Shown here: piece after piece, positions 29,814 through 39,502 of the stretch
Layout: every line of letters begins with the position of its first letter
Numbering within the stretch: position 1 is the first letter of the stretch
From: a virus
Taxonomy: Duplodnaviria > Caudoviricetes
Length of the DNA: 64,000 nucleotides
Virus record (IMG/VR): IMGVR_UViG_3300047545_000339
Span: 37,214 to 101,213 of that record
Strand: one strand, 5' to 3'
Position numbers and translations under genes: made by a program
Notes under the pieces: model-generated
Seen by the model: the letters and a program-made list of their open reading frames with translations, nothing else
Told to the model about the DNA's origin: nothing
Databases searched by the model: none

Positions 29814-31600
29814 CGTTTGACTTTGGAGACTTTTTAGATGTTTTAGATGAAGATCCATTTAGTGAAATGCCCGTTGATCTAGAAACATTTCTTCATGATA
29901 AGAACTATCTAGATCAGCCACCTCTATCTCAAATTCAAAGAGATCTTGTAGAGGCTATGAGCCAAATTTACAAAGAAGAAGATCTTATTAGAATTATGGG
30001 CGAGGTAGAGGGAAAAAGACACTATAAAAAATATACCAAGGCAGAGGTAATCATGCAGCTTGGTAAGGGTTCTGGCAAAGATCATACATCTACAATTGGA
30101 TGTGCATATCTTGTGTATAAACTTTTATGCCTTAAAGATCCAGCAGCATATTTTGGAAAGCCCCCAGGGGACTCTATAGACCTTATCAACATTGCTATTA
30201 ATGCTGAACAGGCAAAGAACGTTTTCTTTAAAAACTTTATAAATAAAATAAATAGATCTCCTTGGTTTGCTGGAAAGTATAATGCAAAAGTAAATAGCGT
30301 TGAATTTGATAGTGCTATTACAGTCTATTCTGGACATTCAGAAAGAGAGAGCCACGAGGGACTAAACCTAATTCTTGCTATCCTTGATGAGATCTCTGGT
30401 TTCGCTCAGGATAGTGCTAGTGGTAATGAAAACGCTAAAACAGGTGATGCAATCTACAAAGCCTTCCGTGCATCAGTAGATTCAAGATTCCCAGACTATG
30501 GGAAGGTTGTTCTTCTTTCATTCCCTAGGTACCCAGGGGATTTTATTTCTAAAAAGTATGACGATGCTGTTGTTGAAAAAGAAGTAGTAGTCAGAAGTCA
30601 TAAATTTATTTTAAATCCAGACCTCCCAGAAAGTTTGGATGGGAACTCTGTTGAAGTTGAGTGGGAAGAAGACCACATAATTGCCTACAAGTTTCCTGGA
30701 ATCTATGCGGTAAAGAGGCCAACTTGGGAAGTAAATCCAACCAGAAGTATAGAAGACTTTAAGGTTGCCTTTGCTACAGACTATGGAGATGCAATGATGA
30801 GATTTGCCTGCAAGCCATCATTTTCATCAGATGCATTTTTTAAGCAGAGAGATAAGTTAGAAAAATGTATGACCTTAAGAAACCCAATTGACAACTTTAA
30901 AAGGCTTGATGCTGTCTTTGAGCCAGATCCAGATAAAGTTTATTTTGTTCATGCTGACCTTGCACAGAAGCATGACAAGTGTGCGGTAGCAATAAGTCAC
31001 GTTGAGAAATGGGTAGAGGTAAAATCTTTCAATAATTATGAGCAGATAGTTCCTGTTGTTGTTGTAGATGCCATCGCTTGGTGGGAACCAAAGAAAGAAG
31101 GTCCAGTAGATCTTTCTGAAGTAAAAAATTGGATCATCCATCTGAGAAGGCTGGGGTTTAACCTAGGTCTAGTTACCTTTGACCGTTGGCAATCGTTTGA
31201 TATTCAGCAAGAATTAAAAGCAGTAGGAATAAAGACAGATACTCTTTCTGTAGCAAAGAAACACTATGAAGATCTAGCAATGCTTATCTACGAAGAAAGA
31301 GTTGCTATGCCACATATTGATTTACTTCTTGAAGAGATGAGCGAACTTAAGATTGTTTCTGATAAAAAGGTAGATCACCCAAGGAAAAAATCAAAGGACT
31401 TAGCAGATGCCATGTGTGGCTCTGTATATAATTCTATTTCTCATACTAGAAGAGAAAAGAATCAAGAAATAGAAATACATTCCTGGAGTTCATCGTATAA
31501 ACAAAGAAATAAAGAACAAGAAAAAATAAAGAATCTTATTGAGCCTCCCCCAGCGCCAAAAGAAGTAGACGACTTCCTATCTGGCCTAGGAATGATATAA
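29810..31600 (+). CDS. Terminase large subunit
   Basis: Walker A 'GKGSGKD', Walker B 'AILDE', nuclease 'HADLA', 'TFDRW', 'VDHP...SKDLADA'. Confidence 0.92.
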   Translation: MTFDFGDFLDVLDEDPFSEMPVDLETFLHDKNYLDQPPLSQIQRDLVEAMSQIYKEEDLIRIMGEVEGKRHYKKYTKAEVIMQLGKGSGKDHTSTIGCAYLVYKLLCLKDPAAYFGKPPGDSIDLINIAINAEQAKNVFFKNFINKINRSPWFAGKYNAKVNSVEFDSAITVYSGHSERESHEGLNLILAILDEISGFAQDSASGNENAKTGDAIYKAFRASVDSRFPDYGKVVLLSFPRYPGDFISKKYDDAVVEKEVVVRSHKFILNPDLPESLDGNSVEVEWEEDHIIAYKFPGIYAVKRPTWEVNPTRSIEDFKVAFATDYGDAMMRFACKPSFSSDAFFKQRDKLEKCMTLRNPIDNFKRLDAVFEPDPDKVYFVHADLAQKHDKCAVAISHVEKWVEVKSFNNYEQIVPVVVVDAIAWWEPKKEGPVDLSEVKNWIIHLRRLGFNLGLVTFDRWQSFDIQQELKAVGIKTDTLSVAKKHYEDLAMLIYEERVAMPHIDLLLEEMSELKIVSDKKVDHPRKKSKDLADAMCGSVYNSISHTRREKNQEIEIHSWSSSYKQRNKEQEKIKNLIEPPPAPKEVDDFLSGLGMI

Positions 31601-31671
31601 AAATATTTTTTTGTTTTTTGACAAATAGGTTTGTTTAATGTATAATTTTATAAATAAAAGAAAGGTAAAAA

Positions 31672-31854
31672 ATGTCTTTATCAGCTACTCTATATATAAC
31701 TATTGCGGTTGTTTTATTTAGTCTTAACATGATTATTAATATTTTTGTTCTTGCTCTAGGAGAAAAAAAAGAATTACCGCTTAGCACATTTCTAGCAACA
31801 ATTTTTGCTATTTTTCTTGTTGTATGGGGAATAACAATTTTAGTTACAAGTTAG
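31672..31854 (+). CDS. Small two-TM membrane protein
   Basis: Two hydrophobic helices; GAAAGG RBS. Confidence 0.55.
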   Translation: MSLSATLYITIAVVLFSLNMIINIFVLALGEKKELPLSTFLATIFAIFLVVWGITILVTS

Positions 31855-31883
31855 ATAATACACTAGAGTGATATAATAATAAA

Positions 31884-32069
31884 ATGCAAATAAGAATACA
31901 GCCAGCTCCTGGCCATAGATATGACGCAACTCTATATATGAATGATGAACCAATAGAATTTGTCAATGATAAAAGACCAGGATGTTGTGTTAGATCTCTA
32001 ATGAATAAAATGATGTTAATTCATGGAAAACCAACAGATGAGATAGTCATTGACATTGATGGTTGGTAG
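31884..32069 (+). CDS. Hypothetical protein
   Basis: Leaderless after TGATATAAT. Confidence 0.5.
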   Translation: MQIRIQPAPGHRYDATLYMNDEPIEFVNDKRPGCCVRSLMNKMMLIHGKPTDEIVIDIDGW

Positions 32070-32107
32070 TATAAAAAAATAACCATAATAGTGCTATAAT
32101 TATCTCT

Positions 32108-32263
32108 ATGAGTATATTTTCCTTTAACCAAGAACCTATTGTTGTACCAACAGAAACAATAGTAGAAGAGCCTATTGTAGAGGCAACCGTAGATTATTAT
32201 GAAGACGTATCTGATGAAGACTACACAACAGCAGAAGAACCACACTTTGGAGATGATGTATGA
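32108..32263 (+). CDS. Small acidic protein (not in ORF track)
   Basis: MSIFSFNQEPIVV...GDDV, 51 aa, leaderless after TGCTATAAT, stop overlaps endolysin start. Confidence 0.5.
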   Translation: MSIFSFNQEPIVVPTETIVEEPIVEATVDYYEDVSDEDYTTAEEPHFGDDV

Positions 32264-32976
32264 TGGCTAGAGCGAGACTTGTAAAAGCTGGGGTAACCTT
32301 AAGAGATCAAGTAAATAACAAGTGGAAAAGCAGAGATAAGCGTAGCGATGGATGGATCGGCAATGCTGACCATCAGGCTAGGCCCAGTGATCACAATCCA
32401 GATAAGGATGGGTGGGTTCACGCAATTGATATTGACGAAGATTTCCTTGGAAAAGAACATGGAGAAAAGATAGCAAAAGAATTTGCTGATCAACTTATTA
32501 AGTATGCTAGAGAAGGGAAAGACAATGGCAGACTTAAGTATGTAGTTTATGAAAATAAAATTGCAAGCGGCACGTATCCAAATCAGTTTTGGGTATGGAG
32601 AAATGGAAGCTGGGGACATACCAAGCACATTCATGTTTCATTTACTGATAAGGCAGAGCAAGATGGATCTAAGTTTGATCTACCAATCTTTAGAGATGAA
32701 AATGCTCATACACCACAGAAGCCACAAGAAAAACCAAACAGTGGAATACCATTCCCAGGGGGTGCATTCATTGATTTTGGCAAAAGAAATGATTATGTCA
32801 GGCAAATGCAGAAACAACTAATTGCAAAGGGATATAAGATTCCTAGTGGTGCAACTGGACGCTACCTTTCTGAAACAGAAAACGCTGTAAAGCAATTCTA
32901 TCGTAAAGAAATGCGACTAACCTCAAATGGAAAGAAAATGGGGCCAAAGGCGTGGAACAGGCTGTTTGGTAACTAA
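32260..32976 (+). CDS. Endolysin (M15-like Zn peptidase + peptidoglycan-binding domain)
   Basis: 'SDHNP....VHAIDID...H..HIHVS'; C-terminal 'VRQMQKQL...G.Y...TENAVKQF...G..GPKAW'. Confidence 0.8.
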   Translation: MMARARLVKAGVTLRDQVNNKWKSRDKRSDGWIGNADHQARPSDHNPDKDGWVHAIDIDEDFLGKEHGEKIAKEFADQLIKYAREGKDNGRLKYVVYENKIASGTYPNQFWVWRNGSWGHTKHIHVSFTDKAEQDGSKFDLPIFRDENAHTPQKPQEKPNSGIPFPGGAFIDFGKRNDYVRQMQKQLIAKGYKIPSGATGRYLSETENAVKQFYRKEMRLTSNGKKMGPKAWNRLFGN

Positions 32977-33452
32977 TGTATTCAGTAGCACAAAATCATC
33001 CAGGATGCCAGGGAGGTTGGGCAGTAGTCGATGAAGATGGAAAACTAGAGGGATGCTTTGCTTCAAAGGAGCAGGCTGATGCTTATGCTGCCAAGGAAAA
33101 CATGGAAGAAGAATACGAAGATAGAATTGATGAACTAAAGCGTGAGATGGAAATGAAGGAAGATATGATGGAACAAAAAAGTATTTGGGGTTCCTTCAAT
33201 CCTAGAGGCATTGTTCAGAGGCCAGAAGTTTCTTTGTTCAAGAGAGATTACAGCACAGAGTCACGCCGTCAGATGGCTGCAAGTGGTCAAGCAATGCCAG
33301 ATGGGTCATTTCCAATTGCTAATCGTACAGATTTAGGAAATGCTATACAGTCTGTAGGTAGGGCATCAAACTATGATGCAGCAAGAAGGCACATTATTCG
33401 TCGCGCCCGTGCTTTGGGGGCAATGGAAATGCTCCCAGAGGATTGGAAGTAG
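32976..33452 (+). CDS. Hypothetical protein
   Basis: TAATG-coupled; 'PDGSFPI...DL.NAI...GR' domain. Confidence 0.55.
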   Translation: MYSVAQNHPGCQGGWAVVDEDGKLEGCFASKEQADAYAAKENMEEEYEDRIDELKREMEMKEDMMEQKSIWGSFNPRGIVQRPEVSLFKRDYSTESRRQMAASGQAMPDGSFPIANRTDLGNAIQSVGRASNYDAARRHIIRRARALGAMEMLPEDWK

Positions 33453-33835
33453 TGGCTGAAACATATAGCCCAACTGCTGGAATGAAGTCTGCTGCTCGTC
33501 GTGCTCTTAAATGGAAAGAGCAGGGCAAGGCTACTGGCGCAGGAACTCCTGTTGGCTGGGGAAGAGCATCTGATATTGTAGCAGGAAGGGCGTTATCCCT
33601 TGATACTGTTAAGCGCATGTATTCTTTTTTCTCTCGTCACGAAGTAGATAAAAAAGGTAAAGATTTTTATAATACAAGCAACCCATCAAATGGAAGAATA
33701 ATGTGGGACGCTTGGGGTGGAGACGCTGGATTTTCTTGGTCAAGAAAAATTGTTGAAAGAGAAAAAGCAAAAAAGGCTTGGTCTGGATCAGCATTTTCAT
33801 TTCAGACAAATGTTGACAAAACAGACACGCCCTGA
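33443..33835 (+). CDS. Hypothetical conserved phage protein
   Basis: 'GTPVG..RA...LS.DTVKRMYSFFSRH...WDAWGGDAG..W'. Confidence 0.6.
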   Translation: MEVVAETYSPTAGMKSAARRALKWKEQGKATGAGTPVGWGRASDIVAGRALSLDTVKRMYSFFSRHEVDKKGKDFYNTSNPSNGRIMWDAWGGDAGFSWSRKIVEREKAKKAWSGSAFSFQTNVDKTDTP

Positions 33836-33858
33836 TAAAATTTAAGGGAGAGTGACAA

Positions 33859-34185
33859 ATGAAGATAGTTGCTAAGATAATGCCATTTCTTCCACTATCG
33901 TTTATACTATTGCTCTCTTCGCTTGAAATAGATATAATAGAAGAAGATTTTGATTTTGATGATGTTTATGATTATGAAAAAGAAGAAGACGATAGATATT
34001 TAAAGGTAGCAATTGTAGACGATAAGGCATATTGGGTTGTTAATAATACTTTATATGAAGCAGATGTTATAGAAGAAGAAATTATAAAAGATGAGGCAAG
34101 ACCAGTAAATGCTTTTCTTATGGACTTTAAAGAAGTCAATAAGATGATGACAATATTAGACAATATACAAGATTGGAAAAATTAA
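33859..34185 (+). CDS. Hypothetical acidic protein
   Basis: 108 aa with hydrophobic N-terminus. Confidence 0.5.
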   Translation: MKIVAKIMPFLPLSFILLLSSLEIDIIEEDFDFDDVYDYEKEEDDRYLKVAIVDDKAYWVVNNTLYEADVIEEEIIKDEARPVNAFLMDFKEVNKMMTILDNIQDWKN

Positions 34186-34529
34186 TGAATGTGGCTATTC
34201 AGGGAACAAAAGAGTTCTCAGACTACAATGTATTTTTGCGTGCAATGGGCGTAGCCCTCTCTGATGTTTCAGACGGTGAGTTTAATGTATATACCGCTGG
34301 TCCTGCACAAGTAAACTCTTTTACTGCGGAGTTCTGTAACCGTTCTGAGAATAGTTTAAAGCAACGAGGAATCAAGGTTAGATTTTATAAGGTTCCTACC
34401 TCATATATTGAGGAAAATGCAGGATCTTTTAACTACTTTGCCTTCCTCTCTGCTCCTAATCAACGACCATCGCGCCTTGCTGCGTCCATGGAGTTGAATG
34501 GAGTAGAGGTTGGCATCTTTAAATACTAG
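34185..34529 (+). CDS. Hypothetical protein (Rossmann-like start)
   Basis: 'MNVAIQGTKEF.DY'; TAATG coupling. Confidence 0.5.
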   Translation: MNVAIQGTKEFSDYNVFLRAMGVALSDVSDGEFNVYTAGPAQVNSFTAEFCNRSENSLKQRGIKVRFYKVPTSYIEENAGSFNYFAFLSAPNQRPSRLAASMELNGVEVGIFKY

Positions 34530-34537
34530 GTGCTGTT

Positions 34538-34912
34538 TTGTTGAGTAAAAAAGATAAAGCATATCTTAGTGTTGCAAGATATTTTGCAACAAAATCAAAA
34601 GCTAGAAACACCCATGGCGCTGTTGTTGTTAAGGGTGGAAGAGTTATCGGCACTGGATGGAATAAAGATAGAAATAGTCCACACATTGTTTCTCCAGAAA
34701 ATATAAAAACAGATTGTTCTTATCACGCAGAGGAAGTTGCTATTCGTGAATCTGGAAAAAATATTAAAGGGGCTGTAATTTATGTGGCAAGAGTAAATAA
34801 ACAAGGTTTGGATAGAGACTCTCATCCATGCAAAAAATGTTCTGAGCTTATCAAAAGTGTTGGAATTAAAAAAATAATATATACGTCTGAAAAGGAATTC
34901 AATGTTTATTGA
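34538..34912 (+). CDS. Cytidine/dCMP deaminase-family protein
   Basis: 'HGAVVV...GWN', 'HAE', 'PCKKC'. Confidence 0.88.
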   Translation: MLSKKDKAYLSVARYFATKSKARNTHGAVVVKGGRVIGTGWNKDRNSPHIVSPENIKTDCSYHAEEVAIRESGKNIKGAVIYVARVNKQGLDRDSHPCKKCSELIKSVGIKKIIYTSEKEFNVY

Positions 34913-35120
34913 TAGTCTAAATAAAATGGAAAAAATTGTGAGCGAATCATCTGATCTAGAATGGGATGGATGGAATGTAGTGAAATATACACCATCTCAT
35001 AATGCAATGCTTTCATCGGATGGAGCATATAAGCAAGGACAATGGTTTAAGAAGAAGGTCTTTCCAATAACAGAACATGGGTGGGATATTCCAGAAAGCT
35101 TAGGAAGTAAATATGCATAA
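34902..35120 (+). CDS. Hypothetical protein
   Basis: 'WDGW' 72 aa coupled ORF. Confidence 0.55.
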   Translation: MFIDSLNKMEKIVSESSDLEWDGWNVVKYTPSHNAMLSSDGAYKQGQWFKKKVFPITEHGWDIPESLGSKYA

Positions 35121-35394
35121 ATGGAAAGATCAAGCAAAATGTTTAGGAATGGACACTAATTTATTTTTTGACTCTTATGAAGAGGATAAATTTTTAGCAG
35201 GAAGTATAGATAAACTGTGCCAGTCATGCCCGATCAACAGTAAATGTTTTGCAGTGGGGGTTTCTGGAAAAGAATGGGGAGTCCATGGAGGTGTATACTT
35301 GAAAGATGGTATGATAGATAAAGAGCACAATAACCATAAATCAAAACAAGATTGGTTTGAAACTTGGAAATCTCTTACTATGGAGTCATCATGA
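35113..35394 (+). CDS. whiB: WhiB-family Fe-S transcription factor
   Basis: 'W..QAKC...FF...CQSCP....C...WGVHGG'. Confidence 0.85.
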   Translation: MHKWKDQAKCLGMDTNLFFDSYEEDKFLAGSIDKLCQSCPINSKCFAVGVSGKEWGVHGGVYLKDGMIDKEHNNHKSKQDWFETWKSLTMESS

Positions 35395-35657
35395 AAGTAT
35401 ATACGCCACAAATGAAGAGGGAAATAAAACAGTTAAAGGTCCCCGCTGATTTTGTCATGGACATTGTTGAGTATGACTTTTATCCACCATATATTGGTCT
35501 TAGATTCTATGAAAGCCACTGGAGACATATGTCAGAGAAAGAGAGAATTCGCTGTGTTCTTTATATGCAAAAGGTAAAAAAGATAATTGAATCTCATGGA
35601 ATCCCAGTTACCCTTGATCCAGTCTATGATGTTCCAGGGGGGCAAAAGCTAGGATGA
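35391..35657 (+). CDS. Hypothetical protein
   Basis: ATGA-coupled to whiB. Confidence 0.55.
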   Translation: MKVYTPQMKREIKQLKVPADFVMDIVEYDFYPPYIGLRFYESHWRHMSEKERIRCVLYMQKVKKIIESHGIPVTLDPVYDVPGGQKLG

Positions 35658-36583
35658 AAATATTTATTTCTATTGCAAGTTATAGGGATAAAGAACTAAC
35701 AAAAACTGTTAGAAGCCTTATTGATAATGCAAGATATCCAGAGAATTTACATTTTGGAATTCTTGATCAAGCAGAAAAAAACAAGTGGGCAGATCTTAGT
35801 TTTGTAAAATCAAAAATCATTCACGAAAAAATGCACATGAAAGATGCTCGTGGAGCAGGATATGCTAGAAAAATTTGCATGGAAATGTATGATGGAGAAG
35901 ATTTCTTTTTTCAAGTAGACTCTCATATGCGCTTTGCTCCAAACTGGGATGTTAGGCTTATTACGATGCTTGAAGAAGCACAAGGTCTAGCAAATAACAA
36001 AAAAGTAATTCTTAGCCAATTTCCAGCACCATATCAATTATGGACCAACGGCAAAGAATATTTTCCAGAAGGAGATCCTGCATTTTGGAGTGAACCATCA
36101 TGGACAAGTGTGGTTTGGACATGGAAGGGTCTTTGGGCTGGCAACAGAGAGTACATGAAGGATAAAACAAAACCATGTCCATCCCAGACTATACTTGCTG
36201 GATATGTTTTTGCTCTAGGAAGTCTTGTTGAAGAGGTTCCATACGATCCACGGATTTCATTTATGGGAGAAGAACTTTGTTTTGCAATTAGGGCATATAC
36301 CAGAGGCTGGGATATATATGCCCCTAATGAGATGCTTGTTTGGCACTACTATACAAGAAAAGATCATCCAAAAATTTGGAATCAAAGAGATGAAATTACA
36401 AGGCCCATAACTTGGAAACAGTTGGAAGAAGAGTCTCACTCCGTTCAAAGACGAGTTCTTACTGGAGAAGAAGAGGGCATCTATGGAGTTGTCAACAACG
36501 AAAGATATAAGAAATATCAAAAAATGGTTGGTAAAAACTTTAAACAATTTTATAAAGAAATTGATAAAAAGTATAAAAAGTGA
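35654..36583 (+). CDS. GlcNAc-transferase-like glycosyltransferase (GT-A fold)
   Basis: 'IFISIASYRD', 'GAGYAR', 'QVDSHMRF...WD', 'VPYDP...F.GEE...R.YT.GWD'. Confidence 0.82.
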   Translation: MKIFISIASYRDKELTKTVRSLIDNARYPENLHFGILDQAEKNKWADLSFVKSKIIHEKMHMKDARGAGYARKICMEMYDGEDFFFQVDSHMRFAPNWDVRLITMLEEAQGLANNKKVILSQFPAPYQLWTNGKEYFPEGDPAFWSEPSWTSVVWTWKGLWAGNREYMKDKTKPCPSQTILAGYVFALGSLVEEVPYDPRISFMGEELCFAIRAYTRGWDIYAPNEMLVWHYYTRKDHPKIWNQRDEITRPITWKQLEEESHSVQRRVLTGEEEGIYGVVNNERYKKYQKMVGKNFKQFYKEIDKKYKK

Positions 36584-36683
36584 CCAGACTATTGATATTA
36601 ACCTATACTTCCTGATAGAATTAGAGGTATGGATGAGCCATATGATGAGGAGTATCTTTCATCATACTATGAAGGAGATTTAA

Positions 36684-36863
36684 ATGTTGGATGCAAGAGG
36701 AATACCGACAAGGGAGTGCCCATCGTGTGCATCAACCCTATTTACGATACAAGCAACCTTTGATGAGAACTATGAGGTAGGAATGTATCTTCTCAATGCA
36801 GAGTGTGCTATGTGTCATACCAAACTAACAGCACCCACGCCGCTGGATCTTGCATATGAATGA
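36684..36863 (+). CDS. Small Zn-ribbon protein (not in ORF track)
   Basis: MLDARGIPTRECPSC...ECAMC...APTP; AGGAG RBS. Confidence 0.65.
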   Translation: MLDARGIPTRECPSCASTLFTIQATFDENYEVGMYLLNAECAMCHTKLTAPTPLDLAYE

Positions 36864-37045
36864 AGAGTTTTGGATTAATATTAAAAAGCCTTCAATCCTT
36901 TATGTTGTAGAAAAATGGTGGACCGTTGGCGATGACAGAATTCTTTATGTAGAAAAAAAGAAAAGATTGACAAAGTGGGGGGCAAAAAGATATGCCCGTA
37001 GGTGTATAATTGCTAACGTTTGTAATGCTTATATAAAGGAGAAGT

Positions 37046-37213
37046 ATGACGAATGAGGAATTGTTGCAGATAACTCTCAACAGCACGATAGAGAGACTTG
37101 GAAAACAGGCTACTGCATATGAATCAGAGATAGCAAATCTTAATGCACAGATTACGCTGCTAAATATAAGAATTCAAGAGTTAGTGGAAAAGCGACCTAT
37201 AGATGCTAATTGA
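37046..37213 (+). CDS. Small coiled-coil protein (not in ORF track)
   Basis: MTNEELLQ...; AGGAG RBS. Confidence 0.5.
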   Translation: MTNEELLQITLNSTIERLGKQATAYESEIANLNAQITLLNIRIQELVEKRPIDAN

Positions 37214-37841
37214 CATAACTCAACTTACAACATACTATATCAACCTTGATGAAAAGGTAGATAGACGTATAAAGATGCAAGACCTTCTTGAAAGAAATGG
37301 ATTTAAAGACTTTAAAAGATTTGATGCAAAGAAGGCTGGCAAAAGGGTTGGCTGCTCAATATCTCACTCATCTCTTCTTGAAGAAGTTGTTAGTAACAAT
37401 GAGTATCCCTGTTTAATTCTTGAAGATGATTTAGAAATATATAATTTTAGAAATATAATTGAGGTTCCAGACGATGCAGATGCAGTGTATCTTGGATTTA
37501 GTAGATATGGGTGGAATCATAACCAAAGTGAGCCTTTTCCAAAGAGTTTAAAGATAACAGAACTTAATGATGAATATCATAGAGTTTATAACATGCTTTC
37601 TCGTCATGCAATCATACATTTTAATCCAGACTATGATCTAGCGTGTATAGAGGAAATGAATAAGTTTATCAAGTATCCAGATGTATATAAGGCTGGAGAT
37701 GTAAGTATTTCAAGAATTCATCCAGAATATAAGGTATACTCATTAAATGAACCAATATTCTATCAGGATGACAACGGTACAAGAGGACTTACTAAAAAAT
37801 CATTATATGAGTGTGACTATGTAGAAATGGATAAGTTATGA
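37203..37841 (+). CDS. Glycosyltransferase family 25-like
   Basis: 'YINL....DRR', 'GC..SH', 'LILEDD'. Confidence 0.8.
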   Translation: MLIDITQLTTYYINLDEKVDRRIKMQDLLERNGFKDFKRFDAKKAGKRVGCSISHSSLLEEVVSNNEYPCLILEDDLEIYNFRNIIEVPDDADAVYLGFSRYGWNHNQSEPFPKSLKITELNDEYHRVYNMLSRHAIIHFNPDYDLACIEEMNKFIKYPDVYKAGDVSISRIHPEYKVYSLNEPIFYQDDNGTRGLTKKSLYECDYVEMDKL

Positions 37842-38410
37842 AAATTTCTATGCCTCCAAAAGAAACAGAAGAATTAAAAAAAATAATTGATTCATCATCA
37901 AACATTTTAGAATATGGATCAGGAGGATCTACAATTTATGCGGCACTAAGCGATGCTGACAATATAATTTCTGTAGAAAATGATAAAGATTTTCTGGATA
38001 AGGTTATTAAAGAATACGAAGATATAGATTTCTTCAAGCCAAATCTTTTTCCAGTATATTCTTATATTGGACCAAGCAAAATGTGGGGTTATCCAATAGA
38101 TGATAGTCACAAACACCTATGGAAAAACTATCCAGTAGGGGGATGGAATGTAGCCAGAGAGCATGACATTAATCCAGATACAGTTATTATTGATGGAAGA
38201 TTTAGAGTAGCCTGCTTTCTTTATTCTATTGGTCATTGCAAAGAGGGTACGGTAATATTTTGGGATGATTATACAAATAGAGATAGTTATCATGTCGTAG
38301 AAGAAATATGCAAGCCTAAAGCAACATATGGTCGTGCAGCAGTTTTTATTAAAAAAGATGAAGCCTTCAACCAAGATATGTTTGACAAATACTGTAATGA
38401 CATGAGATAA
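37838..38410 (+). CDS. SAM-dependent methyltransferase-like protein
   Basis: 'LEYGSGGST', 'SVEND', 'IDGRFR..C', 'WDDY'. Confidence 0.72.
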   Translation: MKISMPPKETEELKKIIDSSSNILEYGSGGSTIYAALSDADNIISVENDKDFLDKVIKEYEDIDFFKPNLFPVYSYIGPSKMWGYPIDDSHKHLWKNYPVGGWNVAREHDINPDTVIIDGRFRVACFLYSIGHCKEGTVIFWDDYTNRDSYHVVEEICKPKATYGRAAVFIKKDEAFNQDMFDKYCNDMR

Positions 38411-38437
38411 TTTAGCACCTACTATCAAAGGAAATCA

Positions 38438-38920
38438 ATGCAAACTTTTGTTCCATATTCAGATTTTGATGAATCTGCCTCAGTATTAGACAATAAGCGT
38501 CTTAATAAGCAGTTGCTAGAGGGTCGTCAAATTTATGGCATTCTTCTGTCGGGCAAAAGAAAGGGCGCTTGGGTTAACCATCCAGCAGTTCTTATGTGGC
38601 GTTATCGTGAAAACGCCCTTTACCTATACCTACAATCAATTAAAAACGAGTGTAATTTTCGCGGTATAGCAACAGAAAAGAACTGGAATGCTATTACAGA
38701 AATGCATGAATCAAACTGGGATCGCGGAGGAAATGTGGTTATGCCTGAGTGGTGGAACGATGAGCGAGTGCATCAATCTCATAGGAATAACCTATATGTC
38801 AAAGATCCAGATTTTTATGCAGAGTTTGTTTCTGATCGCCGTGTAACGTGTTGTGATAAGTGTAATTATTTCTGGCCCGTAACAAAACATGCTAAAGACT
38901 ATAGCCCCCTAGATGCATAA
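38438..38920 (+). CDS. Pyrimidine-dimer DNA glycosylase-like protein (MSMEG_6728 type)
   Basis: 'MQTF.PY.DF..SA..LD.KRL.KQ..E..QI', 'W.NHPA..MW', 'H.SHR.NL..KDP..Y'. Confidence 0.82.
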   Translation: MQTFVPYSDFDESASVLDNKRLNKQLLEGRQIYGILLSGKRKGAWVNHPAVLMWRYRENALYLYLQSIKNECNFRGIATEKNWNAITEMHESNWDRGGNVVMPEWWNDERVHQSHRNNLYVKDPDFYAEFVSDRRVTCCDKCNYFWPVTKHAKDYSPLDA

Positions 38921-38940
38921 TATTTGTGGTACAATATATT

Positions 38941-39495
38941 ATGACCAAATGTATTAATGGATGTTTTGCGGAGGGAGCAAAGTCGCATGGCATGTGTGGA
39001 AATTGTATTAAAAGAGGTGGTAAGCCTCCACAAAAAAGGCAAAAAGGAAAACTAGTAAATAATAAAGAACAAAGAATGTGCTCTAGGTGTAAAAATATTT
39101 TTAAAATTAATGAAGTAAGCAGGTGGTCGCATCCATATAGATGCAATGATTGCCAGTCTTGGGTAAAAAGAGACACATATTTAAAAAGAAATTATGGAAT
39201 TAATACAAAAAAGTATGAAGAAATGCTTGAGCAATCGAATGGTGGATGTTATATTTGTGGAAAAACTAAGGAACAAAACAAGGAAAGATATCTTTCGGTA
39301 GACCATGATCATTCATGCTGTAAGGAAAGGCAATCTTGTGGAAAATGTGTAAGAGGAATTTTATGCGACACCTGTAATAGAGCAGTAGGTCTTTTGCAGG
39401 ACAATCCAGAAAATGCTATGGCAGTAGCCATGTATATAAAAAATAATAAGCCAGTAGATAAAACATTGTTAATTAATTTAGATTGGAATGTATAA
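38941..39495 (+). CDS. Endonuclease VII-family HNH endonuclease
   Basis: 'CYIC...LSVDHDHSCC....SCGKCVRGILC..CN'; leaderless start 38941 after TGGTACAAT. Confidence 0.88.
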   Translation: MTKCINGCFAEGAKSHGMCGNCIKRGGKPPQKRQKGKLVNNKEQRMCSRCKNIFKINEVSRWSHPYRCNDCQSWVKRDTYLKRNYGINTKKYEEMLEQSNGGCYICGKTKEQNKERYLSVDHDHSCCKERQSCGKCVRGILCDTCNRAVGLLQDNPENAMAVAMYIKNNKPVDKTLLINLDWNV

Positions 39496-39502
39496 TTATC
39501 TT

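Noticed and set aside
20812-31600. Inteins or introns in dnaE, recA or terminase
   Set aside because: Lengths are normal, frames are uninterrupted and no intein splice-junction motifs were noticed.
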